Shown: positions 41,012 to 51,269 of the stretch, one piece after another | How the letters are laid out: each line of letters begins with the position of its first letter | Position numbering within the stretch: position 1 is the stretch's first letter | Assembly: GCA_007376405.1 (NCBI GenBank) | Contig: VMGD01000001.1 | Location: forward strand, 66,891-130,890 | Length of the DNA: 64,000 nucleotides | Reading direction: 5' to 3' | Origin: Microgenomates group bacterium Gr01-1014_7 | GTDB taxonomy: Bacteria; Patescibacteriota; Microgenomatia; Daviesbacterales; UBA10151 | Position numbers and translations under genes: made by a program | Notes under the pieces: generated by a model | What the model saw: the letters and a program-made list of their open reading frames with translations, nothing else | Databases searched by the model: none | Told to the model about the DNA's origin: nothing

Positions 41012-41938
41012 ATGAATATTTTAGTCACGGGCGGAGCAGGTTTTATCGGTTCTAATGTCACAAAACTATTGCTTGACGAGGGGCACAGCGTAACCGTAGT
41101 TGATAATCTATCAAAAGGACATAAAGAAAATATAGACCAGCGAGCAACTTTTGTGCAGGCGGATTTATTAGACCAACCAAAATTGGAAGAAATTTTACCG
41201 GAAACAGATGCTGTTATTCACATGGCTTCCTTAATAGAAGTAGGCGAGTCAGTTAAAAAACCTGTTGAATTTAGCGAAAATAACATTATCGGCACTGTTA
41301 AACTTCTGGAAGCTATGAAAAATACCGGCGTAAAAAAAATTATCTTTTCTTCCAGTGCCTGCGTTTATGGAACTCCATCTAAGCTACCTATTACCGAAGA
41401 TGATCCATTAGGAGAACAGGAGAATCCTTATGGAATTACCAAAGTTACAATGGAAGAGTTTTGTATTCTTTACCATAGCCTTTTTAATTTTGATGTAATA
41501 ATACTTCGCTATTTTAATCCTTACGGTCCGGGTGAACTACACCAACCGGAAACTCATGCTATCCCGAATTTTATAAAAGCTGTACTTTCCAAAAATCCCA
41601 TTCCCCTTTTTTGGAAAGGTGAACAGATAAGAGATTTTATCTATATTGACGACTTGGCTTATGCTCATATTTTGCCGCTAAATTTATCCGGCTTACATAT
41701 TTATAATGTGGGAACCGAACTTGGGGTTAAAGTAATAAATCTTGTAAACACGATTTTTAAATTAGTTGGATATGAAACTCCTATTAATCATAAAGGTGAG
41801 CGAGAAGGAGATGTATCCTCTCTTGTTGCCTCTTCAGAAAAAATTAAAAAAGAATTAGGCTGGAAAGCTGAGATTAATTTAGAAGAAGGCTTAAGAAAAA
41901 CTATTGATTTTTACCGCTCTCGCCTTTCTTCCACTTAA
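41012..41938 (+). CDS. galE: UDP-glucose 4-epimerase family
   Basis: GGAGFIGS, VGESVKKP, SSSACVYG, NPYGITK, LRYFNPYG, ETH, RDFI. Confidence 0.85.
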   Translation: MNILVTGGAGFIGSNVTKLLLDEGHSVTVVDNLSKGHKENIDQRATFVQADLLDQPKLEEILPETDAVIHMASLIEVGESVKKPVEFSENNIIGTVKLLEAMKNTGVKKIIFSSSACVYGTPSKLPITEDDPLGEQENPYGITKVTMEEFCILYHSLFNFDVIILRYFNPYGPGELHQPETHAIPNFIKAVLSKNPIPLFWKGEQIRDFIYIDDLAYAHILPLNLSGLHIYNVGTELGVKVINLVNTIFKLVGYETPINHKGEREGDVSSLVASSEKIKKELGWKAEINLEEGLRKTIDFYRSRLSST

Positions 41939-42641
41939 CAGCTGAAAAAAGCGGATAAAACATATCTTCTTTCTCCGGAATTTCCAAATTAATAAAACGA
42001 TTGGTAAATTCTATATATGGAATATCGGAAATAATTGCAATCGGAGTTTGCTCTGACCCTTCCCCCATTTCCAAAACCGCAGCTGTTGCCAGACTATCAG
42101 CTAAATTTGAGGTTTCCATTCTGAACTCTCTTCCGAATAAATCCTTCTTACCTATATAATCTCTTAATGGTTTAAATCCAAAATATCCAATTGCAATTCC
42201 AACTACTCCGGCCCGCAGCGGTATCAACCTTGAGTCTGTAATTATTACCCCTAATTTTTTTACTTTAAATTTTCTCTTTAAGAATTCCCATATTCTTTTG
42301 GCTGATTTTTGAGGATTTTTTGGCCAAAGAATATAAAACCCTGCTCCGTTACTTTCATCTATTCCCGAGGAAGCCACAAACATATTATTTTTAATAGTAT
42401 GCAGCATTTGTTTATTGGGAGATAACTTCCGCGGTATATATTTATCCGCCTCAGTAATTGCAAGTTTGTCTTTATTCTCTACTTGATTTATAGGTATGCA
42501 TCGTCGTTCACCTATAGATACTACTTTAGATGTAATTAGTACAACCGAATTTTCATTTAATAATTTAATGGCAGATAATAAATCCCAAAGATCATCTTTT
42601 GGGGGCAGAAATTTTCTTGTTTTGATTGCTTTAGTAATCAT
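41901..42641 (-). CDS. CofE-like gamma-glutamyl ligase (F420-0:L-glutamate ligase family, possibly folate polyglutamylation type)
   Basis: ITSKVVSIGE, SSGIDESN, VIITDS, DYIGKKDLFGR, MGEGSEQTP; likely ATG at 42641. Confidence 0.85.
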   Translation of the reverse strand: MITKAIKTRKFLPPKDDLWDLLSAIKLLNENSVVLITSKVVSIGERRCIPINQVENKDKLAITEADKYIPRKLSPNKQMLHTIKNNMFVASSGIDESNGAGFYILWPKNPQKSAKRIWEFLKRKFKVKKLGVIITDSRLIPLRAGVVGIAIGYFGFKPLRDYIGKKDLFGREFRMETSNLADSLATAAVLEMGEGSEQTPIAIISDIPYIEFTNRFINLEIPEKEDMFYPLFSAVKWKKGESGKNQ

Positions 42642-42685
42642 ATGCGAATTATATCGTAAACGATTATAATGAAACCACAAATAAA

Positions 42686-44158
42686 ATGAAACGTTCTCAT
42701 CTAATTTTACTGGGACTTGTACTGCTAATCGGCTTATTTTTCAGAAGCTATCAAGCCGTAGAAAGATTTGAATTTGCTCATGACGGAGATTTGTATTCCT
42801 GGATATTCAAGGATATCGTTGTAAATCATCATTTTCGCTTGATTGGTCAACTAACCTCTGCCCCGGGAATTTTTATTGGAGGGCTCTTTTATTACTTACT
42901 TATCCCCTTTTTCTTATTTTTCAACATGGATCCGATTGGTGTAATTTTGTTTGCAATAATAATCGGCTTATTAACAATAACAAGTTATTACTTTGTATTC
43001 TCATCGCTTTTCAAAAAAGATGTTGGTTTAATTGCCGCTTTTTTGTATGCAACTTTATTATCTACAATTAACTTTGACAGATGGGTTGTGCCAACTATCA
43101 CTACTAACCTCTGGGTTATCTGGTATTTTTATACAGTTATAAAACTTGCCCGGGGAGAATACAAAATATTAATTTTAGCAGGAATTTTAATTGGACTTAT
43201 ATGGCACGTTCATCTTGCATTACTTCCCACCCTTATCGCTATTCCTGCTGCGATTTTTGTATCAAAAAAACTTCCCAATAAAAAACAAGTCTTCATCTTT
43301 CTACTTTCATTTTTTATTACTTCTTTACCTTTAATCATTTTTGAGGTAAGACACGGTTTTTCTCAAACGCGCAGTTTAATTGAAAATTTTTTTGCCTCTC
43401 ATAGCGGGGAAACGGGTATTTCAAAACTTAGTACTGTTTTGGGTATGATTACCAAAAATATTAACACTCTGTTTCTGTCTCCTCATAGTTTGGACAACTG
43501 GATGAGACCCCTATTTATTGTCCTGATACTTTCAACAGCCTTTATCTTATACAGAAAAAAATTACTTTCAAATAAAGAAATTATTCCGCCAGCCTTTTGG
43601 ATTATAGGTGTAGTAGGATTTTTTACTTTTTCCTCCAGCTTAATTTCCGAATATTATTTTTCTAATATTGAAATTATTTTTATTACTTTGGTAAGTTTAA
43701 CACTCTACCTTATTTACCGCGAATCCAAAATCGGAAAATTTTTAATACTTTTTTTGCTGGCATTTATTTTAGTTAAAAATATCTATTTTTTTACTAATCA
43801 ATATATTTATCACAAAGGTTATGTTGAAAAGAGGGCTCTGGTTGATTACATTACCATGGATGCAAAAAACAAGGATTATCCTTGTTTTGGAATAAGTTAC
43901 ATTACTGCTCCGGGAGAAAATGTCGGTTTCAGATATTTTTTCCTGTTAAAAAAAGCTCATCTAGTCCATCCCTCTTTGGATGTACCTGTTTACAACATAG
44001 TAATACCGGAAGAGTTATCTTTGAGAGAAGTCAAACAAAAATTCGGCCATATCGGATTAATTCCTCCTAAAAAAACCCCTTCAAAAGATCTTATGAAAGA
44101 AGCGTGTAGTGAAAAAAACACCAATCTAACTGATCCTATGTTTGGCTATGTAGATTAA
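42686..44158 (+). CDS. GT-C fold membrane glycosyltransferase
   Basis: FAHDGD, LIGQLTSAPGIFIGGLFYY, PLIIFEVRHGF, SEYY; related to the DxARD paralogs. Confidence 0.8.
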   Translation: MKRSHLILLGLVLLIGLFFRSYQAVERFEFAHDGDLYSWIFKDIVVNHHFRLIGQLTSAPGIFIGGLFYYLLIPFFLFFNMDPIGVILFAIIIGLLTITSYYFVFSSLFKKDVGLIAAFLYATLLSTINFDRWVVPTITTNLWVIWYFYTVIKLARGEYKILILAGILIGLIWHVHLALLPTLIAIPAAIFVSKKLPNKKQVFIFLLSFFITSLPLIIFEVRHGFSQTRSLIENFFASHSGETGISKLSTVLGMITKNINTLFLSPHSLDNWMRPLFIVLILSTAFILYRKKLLSNKEIIPPAFWIIGVVGFFTFSSSLISEYYFSNIEIIFITLVSLTLYLIYRESKIGKFLILFLLAFILVKNIYFFTNQYIYHKGYVEKRALVDYITMDAKNKDYPCFGISYITAPGENVGFRYFFLLKKAHLVHPSLDVPVYNIVIPEELSLREVKQKFGHIGLIPPKKTPSKDLMKEACSEKNTNLTDPMFGYVD

Positions 44159-44160
44159 AT

Positions 44161-46509
44161 ATGAGTTTAAAAGAAGCAATATTAACCTTAATATTTTTTA
44201 CAGTTATTACAATTGTATTTTTCTACAAAATATTTCTTGGTCTAATTCCGCTACCTACTGATTTAATTGTAGGGGGTTATTATCCTTGGCTAAGTTATAA
44301 ATGGGGTTATATCACAGGAGTACCGGTCAAAAATACTAAACTCTCTGACTCAGTATCGCTGTTTTATCCTGCAAAAGCCTTAGCTGCCGAATTTGAGAAA
44401 AAGGGAGAATTTCCTTTGTGGAACCCTTATATGTTTGGGGGATATCCTCTTTTTGCTAGTGTTTCGTTTGGTTTACTTTTTCCTACTATGATTTTTTATC
44501 TTATATTCCAGGCTCCAATTGCCTGGACCTTACAGACAATGTCTCAATCTATCCTAGCCTCATTTTTTATGTACTTACTTTTAAGACATCTTAAGTTGGA
44601 CAAAATTGCTAGTGTTTTTGGAAGCATTGCTTTTGGATTTGGGGGCTTTTCAATTTTGTGGTTACAGTGGAATACTCAAGCTACCACCGCCTTATTCTTA
44701 CCAATTCTAATTTTACTTATGGATAAGTACTTAATTTCAAAAAAGCTTAGATGGGGGGCGCTGTTTAGTATTTTTCTTGCTTTACAAATATTTGCAGGTT
44801 ATTTACCAATTATCCTATTAACTCTAGTCAGTCTTGTAATCTGGTATATCTTTAGATCAAATAGCCTATCTTCTCTAAAGATAATTTTTTTTGTTATCCT
44901 AGGAATACTCTTAAGCGCTGTTTATTTACTTCCTGTTGGTGAGCTGATCCAAATTTCTCAAAGAAAAGTTGAGACACTAGGACCTGCTGGACCATTCACG
45001 CCACCTGAAAATTTTATTAATTTAATTGCCCCTGATTTTTTTGGCAATGATGCAACCAGCAATTTTTGGGGAAGAGGAGATCATATGGATGCCACCTTAT
45101 ATGTAGGCATAATAACTTTAATACTGGCGCTTTACGGTATAAGTAAGTTTTATAAAAAGAGAGAAGTTAAATTTGCTGTTTGTCTTTTTATTGTTACCAT
45201 AATAATCTCAGTATCTAATCCTCTAAGTGACTTTCTATATAAATTAGGTGTTTGGGGAGGTTCCTCTATAACCATGAATCGTGTAAATTTTATGATGAAT
45301 TTTTCTCTGTCTCTTCTGGGAGCATATGGAATCCTAGCTATTAAAAATTTTTATTCAAAGCTAAGTTTAAAACCAGCTATATTAGTGGCAGCAGTTGCCT
45401 TAGGAGTAATTTTGGGTTTATTGATATCTAAAGAAATGCTACTTAAAAGCTTGAATGAAGCCACTGTCAGTAGCGAGATAATTAGCTGGCTGGCGCGTAT
45501 CAATATCAGTTTAAGAAATACTATTCTTCCTTCCTTTTTAATTGCAGTGGGGGTTTTGTTAATCTATCTATCAAAAAAATTCCAGCGTATCAGACAAATC
45601 TCAGCATTTATTTTTATCTTGGTACTTACTTTTGAATTATTTAGATTTGGGCTTAAGTTTAATACATTTGCAAAACCTTCATTTATTTATCCCCAAACAC
45701 CTATTACAAACTTTTTAGAAAGATATCCTAATGATCGATTTATTGCCGAACAAAACATCCTACCTGCAAATATGTGGGTTCCTTTCAAGCTTTCTTCTAT
45801 GCAAGGATATGATGGGATATACCCATTAAATACGGCTAAACTTTTAGCTGTTGCGGATTCCGATAATACTGATGCAACTCCAATGACAAGATGGGGTGTT
45901 TTGCAAAACTTCAACTCTAAAATTTTGGATGAGACAAATACACGTTTTCTGTTAATTGAAAAAAAGAAAAATCAGTATGAAGCTAGTGATAAATACAAAA
46001 AAGTATTCGAGGATAAGGAGGTAGTGGTACTGGAAAATACTCAAGCTCTTCCCAGAGTATATTTAACCAAAAAAGTTATTAAAACATCTGATCAACAAAC
46101 TCTTAAGCTTTTACTAGATGAAAATTTTCCAATTAGAACAACTTCTGTCACGGAAGATTTTGAATTTAACAATGTCTCGGAAGAAACCTTAAGCGCTGAT
46201 TTAGAATATAGATCTGTTACAAACTCTCATGTAGTGATTAAAGCTAATTCTAATATTGATGCATACCTGGTAGTTTTAGATTCATTCTATCCTGGATGGA
46301 AAGCTAAAATTGATGGGAATGAAACTAAAATTCACAGAACAAATTATAATTTTAGAGGAATACTATTACCAAAAGGGGACCACATTGTAGAATTTATCTA
46401 TACCCCAGAGTCCCTAAAATATGGAGCAATGATGAGTGGAACATCATTATTAATAATACTTTTGCTTCTACTTTATCCCTCTTTTAAGAGAATTTATGGT
46501 TCCAGGTAA
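44161..46509 (+). CDS. YfhO-family membrane glycosyltransferase (GT-C)
   Basis: PLWNPYMFGGYP, PDFFG, YVG, GYDG, LPRVY, FYPGWKAKIDG, FRGILLPKGDH..F.Y.P. Confidence 0.88.
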   Translation: MSLKEAILTLIFFTVITIVFFYKIFLGLIPLPTDLIVGGYYPWLSYKWGYITGVPVKNTKLSDSVSLFYPAKALAAEFEKKGEFPLWNPYMFGGYPLFASVSFGLLFPTMIFYLIFQAPIAWTLQTMSQSILASFFMYLLLRHLKLDKIASVFGSIAFGFGGFSILWLQWNTQATTALFLPILILLMDKYLISKKLRWGALFSIFLALQIFAGYLPIILLTLVSLVIWYIFRSNSLSSLKIIFFVILGILLSAVYLLPVGELIQISQRKVETLGPAGPFTPPENFINLIAPDFFGNDATSNFWGRGDHMDATLYVGIITLILALYGISKFYKKREVKFAVCLFIVTIIISVSNPLSDFLYKLGVWGGSSITMNRVNFMMNFSLSLLGAYGILAIKNFYSKLSLKPAILVAAVALGVILGLLISKEMLLKSLNEATVSSEIISWLARINISLRNTILPSFLIAVGVLLIYLSKKFQRIRQISAFIFILVLTFELFRFGLKFNTFAKPSFIYPQTPITNFLERYPNDRFIAEQNILPANMWVPFKLSSMQGYDGIYPLNTAKLLAVADSDNTDATPMTRWGVLQNFNSKILDETNTRFLLIEKKKNQYEASDKYKKVFEDKEVVVLENTQALPRVYLTKKVIKTSDQQTLKLLLDENFPIRTTSVTEDFEFNNVSEETLSADLEYRSVTNSHVVIKANSNIDAYLVVLDSFYPGWKAKIDGNETKIHRTNYNFRGILLPKGDHIVEFIYTPESLKYGAMMSGTSLLIILLLLLYPSFKRIYGSR

Positions 46510-47316
46510 AATAGGCAAAAGATCAGATGCCAGCAGTCCTGCATCTCCTATTTTTTCTTTCATCATCTCACCGGCCATACCATGAAGATATACTCCACAG
46601 CAAGCAGCATCAAAATTATTTAGTCCCTGGGCAATAAAGCCTGCTATTATCCCTGATAATATATCTCCTGTCCCGGCAGTTGCCAAAAGGGGATTGGCAA
46701 AAGGACTTGCAGCCACTTGCCCATTCGGAGATGCAATCACAGTATTAGCTCCTTTCAATAGCACTGTTTTCCCCCATTTTCTGGCAAGCTTTTGAGTAAT
46801 ATTTTCTCGATCTGCTTTTATTTCATCTATAGATAATCCAGTCAGCCTGCTCATTTCTCCAGGATGAGGAGTTAATACACAATCTGTCTTTAAATTCTCC
46901 CACCAATTTTCAAACCCTGATAAGATATTCAATCCGTCTGCATCAATTACCATTCTCGGTAAATTCTCCTTAAGTAACTTTTTAACCAATTTAATAGCTT
47001 GCTCTTCTTGACCTAAACCCGGACCCACTAACAAAACATCATAATTCAAAATTTTTCCGAATATTTCATCTCGCGAAATAAAAGTCACCTCGGGTAATTT
47101 CCTAGAAATTATTGTTTGAACAGAAGGAATAATAGCCAAAGTTACCAAACCGGCACCTACTCTATAAGAAGCAGCGCACGAAAGATACGCTGCCCCGGGA
47201 AAATTTTCCGACCCAGCTATGACTAAAACCTTTCCAAAAGTGCCCTTATTTGCATCCCTTGGTCTTTTAGGTAACTTACCAGCTACCCACTGCTTTGTTA
47301 GTTTGGATAATGGCAT
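46468..47316 (-). CDS. nnrD: ADP-dependent NAD(P)H-hydrate dehydratase
   Basis: NKGTFG, GAGLV, GPGLG, VIDADGL, LTPHPGEMSRL, LATAGTGDILSG; likely ATG at 47316. Confidence 0.93.
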   Translation of the reverse strand: MPLSKLTKQWVAGKLPKRPRDANKGTFGKVLVIAGSENFPGAAYLSCAASYRVGAGLVTLAIIPSVQTIISRKLPEVTFISRDEIFGKILNYDVLLVGPGLGQEEQAIKLVKKLLKENLPRMVIDADGLNILSGFENWWENLKTDCVLTPHPGEMSRLTGLSIDEIKADRENITQKLARKWGKTVLLKGANTVIASPNGQVAASPFANPLLATAGTGDILSGIIAGFIAQGLNNFDAACCGVYLHGMAGEMMKEKIGDAGLLASDLLPILPGTINSLKRGIK

Positions 47317-49991
47317 TTTTTGTACTTTTTTCCGGATCCACAATGACAGGGATCATTTCTGCCTATTTTTCCATGGGACTTGGTAAGTTGTCCCTGCCCA
47401 CCATAAGTTTCCTGGGCTATTACCTGACCTCCTCTTTCAATGGTCACTTTGGTTTCTCCTCCTTCGCTAATCTTTCCGGACTCCAATTCTTCTTTTTCTG
47501 TTTCAACCCCAATTTCTATTTCCGGATGTTTTTCTTCAACAATTATTCTTTCGGGCTGTGCCGCCACAGGTGCCTGACCCTGTACAGCAACCTTATAAAT
47601 CCGATGGACTATTTCATAATCTATTTCCACAATTAATTTTTCAAATAAATCAAATCCCTCCCTTTTATATTCAATTAAAGGATCCCTTTGGGCATAACCC
47701 CGAAGTCCAATGCCCGATCTTAAATCATCCATAGTATCCAAATGCTCAATCCATAAAGTATCAATAGTATTAAGATAAACAAAAACTTCCATTTGTCTTG
47801 CCATCTCTTCCCCAACTTGTTTCTCTCTTTCTTCATAAAAATTACTTGCCAGTTCAACTAGGAATTTAGTTATCTCATCTGTATTTACCAGTGCGGATAT
47901 TTGTTTTTCGATTTGTAATTTGGACTCTTCATCAATTGGCGCAACAGTGGAAAACTCCTCAATAATCTTTTTAGCATCAATCCCCTCTTCCGTGTGAATT
48001 GTCACCACACTGGCAATTTCTCTTTCTATTTTTTCCAAAATCTCCTCTTTCAAAGCAGTACTTTTAGTTTCAGCGGTTTCCAAAACTTTTTTCCTTACCT
48101 CATAAATAATCTTCCTCTGCTGATTCATCACGTCATCGTATTCAACAGTGTGTTTCCTGATATCAAAGTTGTGGCCTTCAACTTTTTTCTGTGCTCCTTC
48201 TATGGCTTTGGAAACCAAACCATGCTCGATTGGCACATCTTCCGGCATTTTTAGAAAGTCCATCACTTTGGAAACTTGTTCCCCACCAAAAATTCTCATC
48301 AAATCATCTTCCAAAGAAACAAAAAATCTTGATTCTCCCGGATCCCCCTGACGACCGGAACGACCCCGCAGCTGATTATCTATCCTTCTTGATTCATGCC
48401 GTTCCGTCCCAATTACATACAACCCGCCCAAATCACCCACATTTTTGCCCAAAATAATATCCACTCCCCGCCCGGCCATGTTGGTGGCAACAGTAACAGA
48501 TCCTTTCTCTCCGGCTTTGGCAATAATTTCCGCTTCTTTTTCGTGATTTTTGGCATTAAGCAGCGCATGAGAAATTCCCTTTCTTTTTAGAAGCTCCGAC
48601 AAAGCTTCATTTTTATCAATAGCTGTGGTTCCCACCAAAACCGGCTGGCCTTTTTTGTAAAGTTCTTCCACCAGATTGGCAACAGCAGTGTATTTACCGG
48701 CTTGAGTTTTATAAATAGTATCCGCATGATCTGCTCTTATCATTGGATTGTTAGTCGGAATAACTACCACATCAAGATTATAGATTTTATGGAATTCTTC
48801 AGCTTCGGTTGCAGCGGTTCCTGTCATGCCGGCTAATTTTTCATACATACGAAAGTAGTTCTGGAAAGAAATAGTTGCCAGAGTTTGGGATTCTTGCTGA
48901 ATTGCTACACCCTCTTTTGCCTCAATTGCCTGGTGCAAACCTTCCGAATATCTCCTGCCCATCATCAGCCTACCGGTAAACTCATCAACAATAATTACTT
49001 CCCCATCCTTAACCACATAATCCTTATCTTTTTGGAATAAAGTGCGGGCTTTTAGCGCTTCTTCCAAATGATGAAGAGTGGAAAAATCTTTCTCATATAA
49101 ATTATCTACCCCCAGCATTTTTTCTATTTTTAAGTTTCCGCCTTCTGTTAAATGCACAGTTTTTAATTTTTCATCCACCACATAATCCGAAGGTGAAAGC
49201 TTGTCAATAATTTTGACAAAATCATAATATTTTTCCGTTGCTTCCTGAGCCGGTTGGGAAATAATTAAAGGAGTTCTGGCCTCATCAATTAAAATTGAGT
49301 CAACCTCATCAACCACAGCAAAAAAGTGTCCTCTTTGTGCCTGATCGGACAAGCGGAAAGCCATGTTGTCCCGCAGGTAATCAAAACCAAATTCATTATT
49401 GGTTCCGTATGTAATATCCGCCGCGTACGCCTCCTGGCGGGAAACCGGTTTTAGATGCTGCAATCTCTTATCATCACTTTGGGTCTCTTTGTGCTTCGGG
49501 TCATAAATAAAAGCCTGATCATGAATTATGGTGGCGCAGGTTGCTCCGAGTGCATAAAAAACAGGCCCCATCCAGCCGCAATCACGGCGGGCCAGATAGT
49601 CATTAACTGTCACCAGGTGTACCCCTTTACCGGCAATGGCATTTAAAAAAAGGGTGGGGGTGGCGGATAAAGTTTTTCCCTCCCCTGTTTTTTGCTCGGC
49701 AATTTTACCCTGATGCAAGCTGACTCCCGCCATCAGTTGAACATCAAAATGCCTCTGTTTAATTGTTCTTTTGGCAGCTTCCTTAACAGCGGCAAAAACT
49801 TCGGGTAAAAGCTCATCCAGACTCTTACCCCGCTCATGCTGCAATTTAAACTCGGCAGATTTTCCTTTAAGCTGTTTATCAGTTAGACGGGAAGTCTTTT
49901 TCTCTAAACTATTAATAGCCTCAATAACAGGCTTAAGCTTATTTATTTCCCGTTCATTTGAATCAAGCAGTTTTCCAAATATTCCCAACAT
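47298..49991 (-). CDS. secA: Preprotein translocase ATPase SecA
   Basis: KTGEGKT, VTVNDYLA, DEVDSILIDEARTPLIIS, QLRGRSGRQGDPG, SEC-C GRNDPCHCGSGKKYKKCH. Confidence 0.98.
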   Translation of the reverse strand: MLGIFGKLLDSNEREINKLKPVIEAINSLEKKTSRLTDKQLKGKSAEFKLQHERGKSLDELLPEVFAAVKEAAKRTIKQRHFDVQLMAGVSLHQGKIAEQKTGEGKTLSATPTLFLNAIAGKGVHLVTVNDYLARRDCGWMGPVFYALGATCATIIHDQAFIYDPKHKETQSDDKRLQHLKPVSRQEAYAADITYGTNNEFGFDYLRDNMAFRLSDQAQRGHFFAVVDEVDSILIDEARTPLIISQPAQEATEKYYDFVKIIDKLSPSDYVVDEKLKTVHLTEGGNLKIEKMLGVDNLYEKDFSTLHHLEEALKARTLFQKDKDYVVKDGEVIIVDEFTGRLMMGRRYSEGLHQAIEAKEGVAIQQESQTLATISFQNYFRMYEKLAGMTGTAATEAEEFHKIYNLDVVVIPTNNPMIRADHADTIYKTQAGKYTAVANLVEELYKKGQPVLVGTTAIDKNEALSELLKRKGISHALLNAKNHEKEAEIIAKAGEKGSVTVATNMAGRGVDIILGKNVGDLGGLYVIGTERHESRRIDNQLRGRSGRQGDPGESRFFVSLEDDLMRIFGGEQVSKVMDFLKMPEDVPIEHGLVSKAIEGAQKKVEGHNFDIRKHTVEYDDVMNQQRKIIYEVRKKVLETAETKSTALKEEILEKIEREIASVVTIHTEEGIDAKKIIEEFSTVAPIDEESKLQIEKQISALVNTDEITKFLVELASNFYEEREKQVGEEMARQMEVFVYLNTIDTLWIEHLDTMDDLRSGIGLRGYAQRDPLIEYKREGFDLFEKLIVEIDYEIVHRIYKVAVQGQAPVAAQPERIIVEEKHPEIEIGVETEKEELESGKISEGGETKVTIERGGQVIAQETYGGQGQLTKSHGKIGRNDPCHCGSGKKYKKCHYPN

Positions 49992-50057
49992 AATTTATTA
50001 CGAAGTAACAAACTCGCTTTATATATTATACCTCTAGATTGATACTAAAAGACATGG

Positions 50058-50086
50058 TTGACAAGACTAATAAATTTAAATAAACT
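50058..50086 (+). promoter_or_regulatory. Sigma70-like promoter for the Pro-rich protein gene
   Basis: TTGACA -17 nt- TAAACT. Confidence 0.65.
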
Positions 50087-50109
50087 AGCAGTAATTAAAA
50101 ACTTGCCCA

Positions 50110-50994
50110 ATGGATAATCCGAATAATCCAAATCCAAATAACCCAAATCCTGACCCGCCTTTTCCCGGCGCAACTCCTCCACCTCCAACCCCATCTGCGC
50201 CACCACCTCAACCGGCTAATCCAAGCTGGGAATCACCGTCGTCCCCTTGGCCAACTGCACCCGGTCCGCTACATTCTGACGAACAACTGCCTCCTCAACC
50301 ATCAACAACACCACCATCTGATACATGGCCGTCCTCTTCCCCACCATCTGCTCCTACCCAAACAACCTCTCCTTTAGATAATCCGTGGAATGTACCGGTC
50401 CAACCTCCTCCCATAGATGGTCCGCAACCAACAACACCTGATTTATCTGCCACGCCGACTTTCCCCTCAACTCCTGTCGAACCAGCTGCTTCGCCAGCCA
50501 GTACCTGGCCAACTACACCATCTACCTCCCCCCCTACCGCAGAACCTGCACCATCACCATCTGGCACCGAACCTGCCCCGGCGGCACCAACTGATCTTTC
50601 GCATCTCATAACCAATCTTCAGCCTGAAACTCCGTTAGCTCCCGGAGGGGCAGAAACTTTAGTTGTACCTCCGGCTACTCCTGAGGTACCAACAGTTCCA
50701 ACCGAAAATCACAAAAGTATACCAAAGTGGTTAATTGGATTGGGAATAGGTCTGCTGATTATCGTGGTAGGAGCCTCTGCTTACTTTATTTTGGGTATTG
50801 GACAACCTCCTAAAACAACAACCTCAGTTCCTGCTACAACTCAAACCTCAAAACAAACTGTTAAAGCTCCACCTCCAATTGCCACACCTCAACCTGCTGC
50901 CTCCGGTTCTGCCAGTTTTGGTGAACTTCAAGGGGGCGGCCAAACCGCAACTTCCGCAGCAGATTTACTCCGCCGTCAACAACAGGGAAGATAA
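50110..50994 (+). CDS. Proline-rich disordered single-pass membrane protein
   Basis: About 200 aa P/S/T-rich N-terminus with recurring SPW/TWP motifs, one TM ([22 protein letters not shown]), T-rich tail. Confidence 0.8.
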   Translation: MDNPNNPNPNNPNPDPPFPGATPPPPTPSAPPPQPANPSWESPSSPWPTAPGPLHSDEQLPPQPSTTPPSDTWPSSSPPSAPTQTTSPLDNPWNVPVQPPPIDGPQPTTPDLSATPTFPSTPVEPAASPASTWPTTPSTSPPTAEPAPSPSGTEPAPAAPTDLSHLITNLQPETPLAPGGAETLVVPPATPEVPTVPTENHKSIPKWLIGLGIGLLIIVVGASAYFILGIGQPPKTTTSVPATTQTSKQTVKAPPPIATPQPAASGSASFGELQGGGQTATSAADLLRRQQQGR

Positions 50995-50999
50995 TTCAC

Positions 51000-51269
51000 T
51001 TACCCCCTATGTATATACTTCAGCCATAGATTCTTAATAAAGGAAACAGATAAAGTGGAGAGAATGAATGCTATAGCTGGAACAATGGAATTAACAAAAG
51101 GATTACTAATACCGGCAAATAAAAAGAATAATGATATTACAAGATAAGTTAGAGCAGATATAATGAATTTTCTAGTCCAGCTTGTTTCCCAGGATTTTTC
51201 TCTTTCTACTCTTCTATTTCTTTCCTTAATTTTATTAATTTCTTCTTCTAAATCTTGAACTGTGCTCAT
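51000..51269 (-). CDS. Small two-TM hypothetical protein
   Basis: ERNRRVEREKSWETSWTRK followed by 2 TMs; ATGA overlap with the serS stop. Confidence 0.75.
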   Translation of the reverse strand: MSTVQDLEEEINKIKERNRRVEREKSWETSWTRKFIISALTYLVISLFFLFAGISNPFVNSIVPAIAFILSTLSVSFIKNLWLKYIHRG

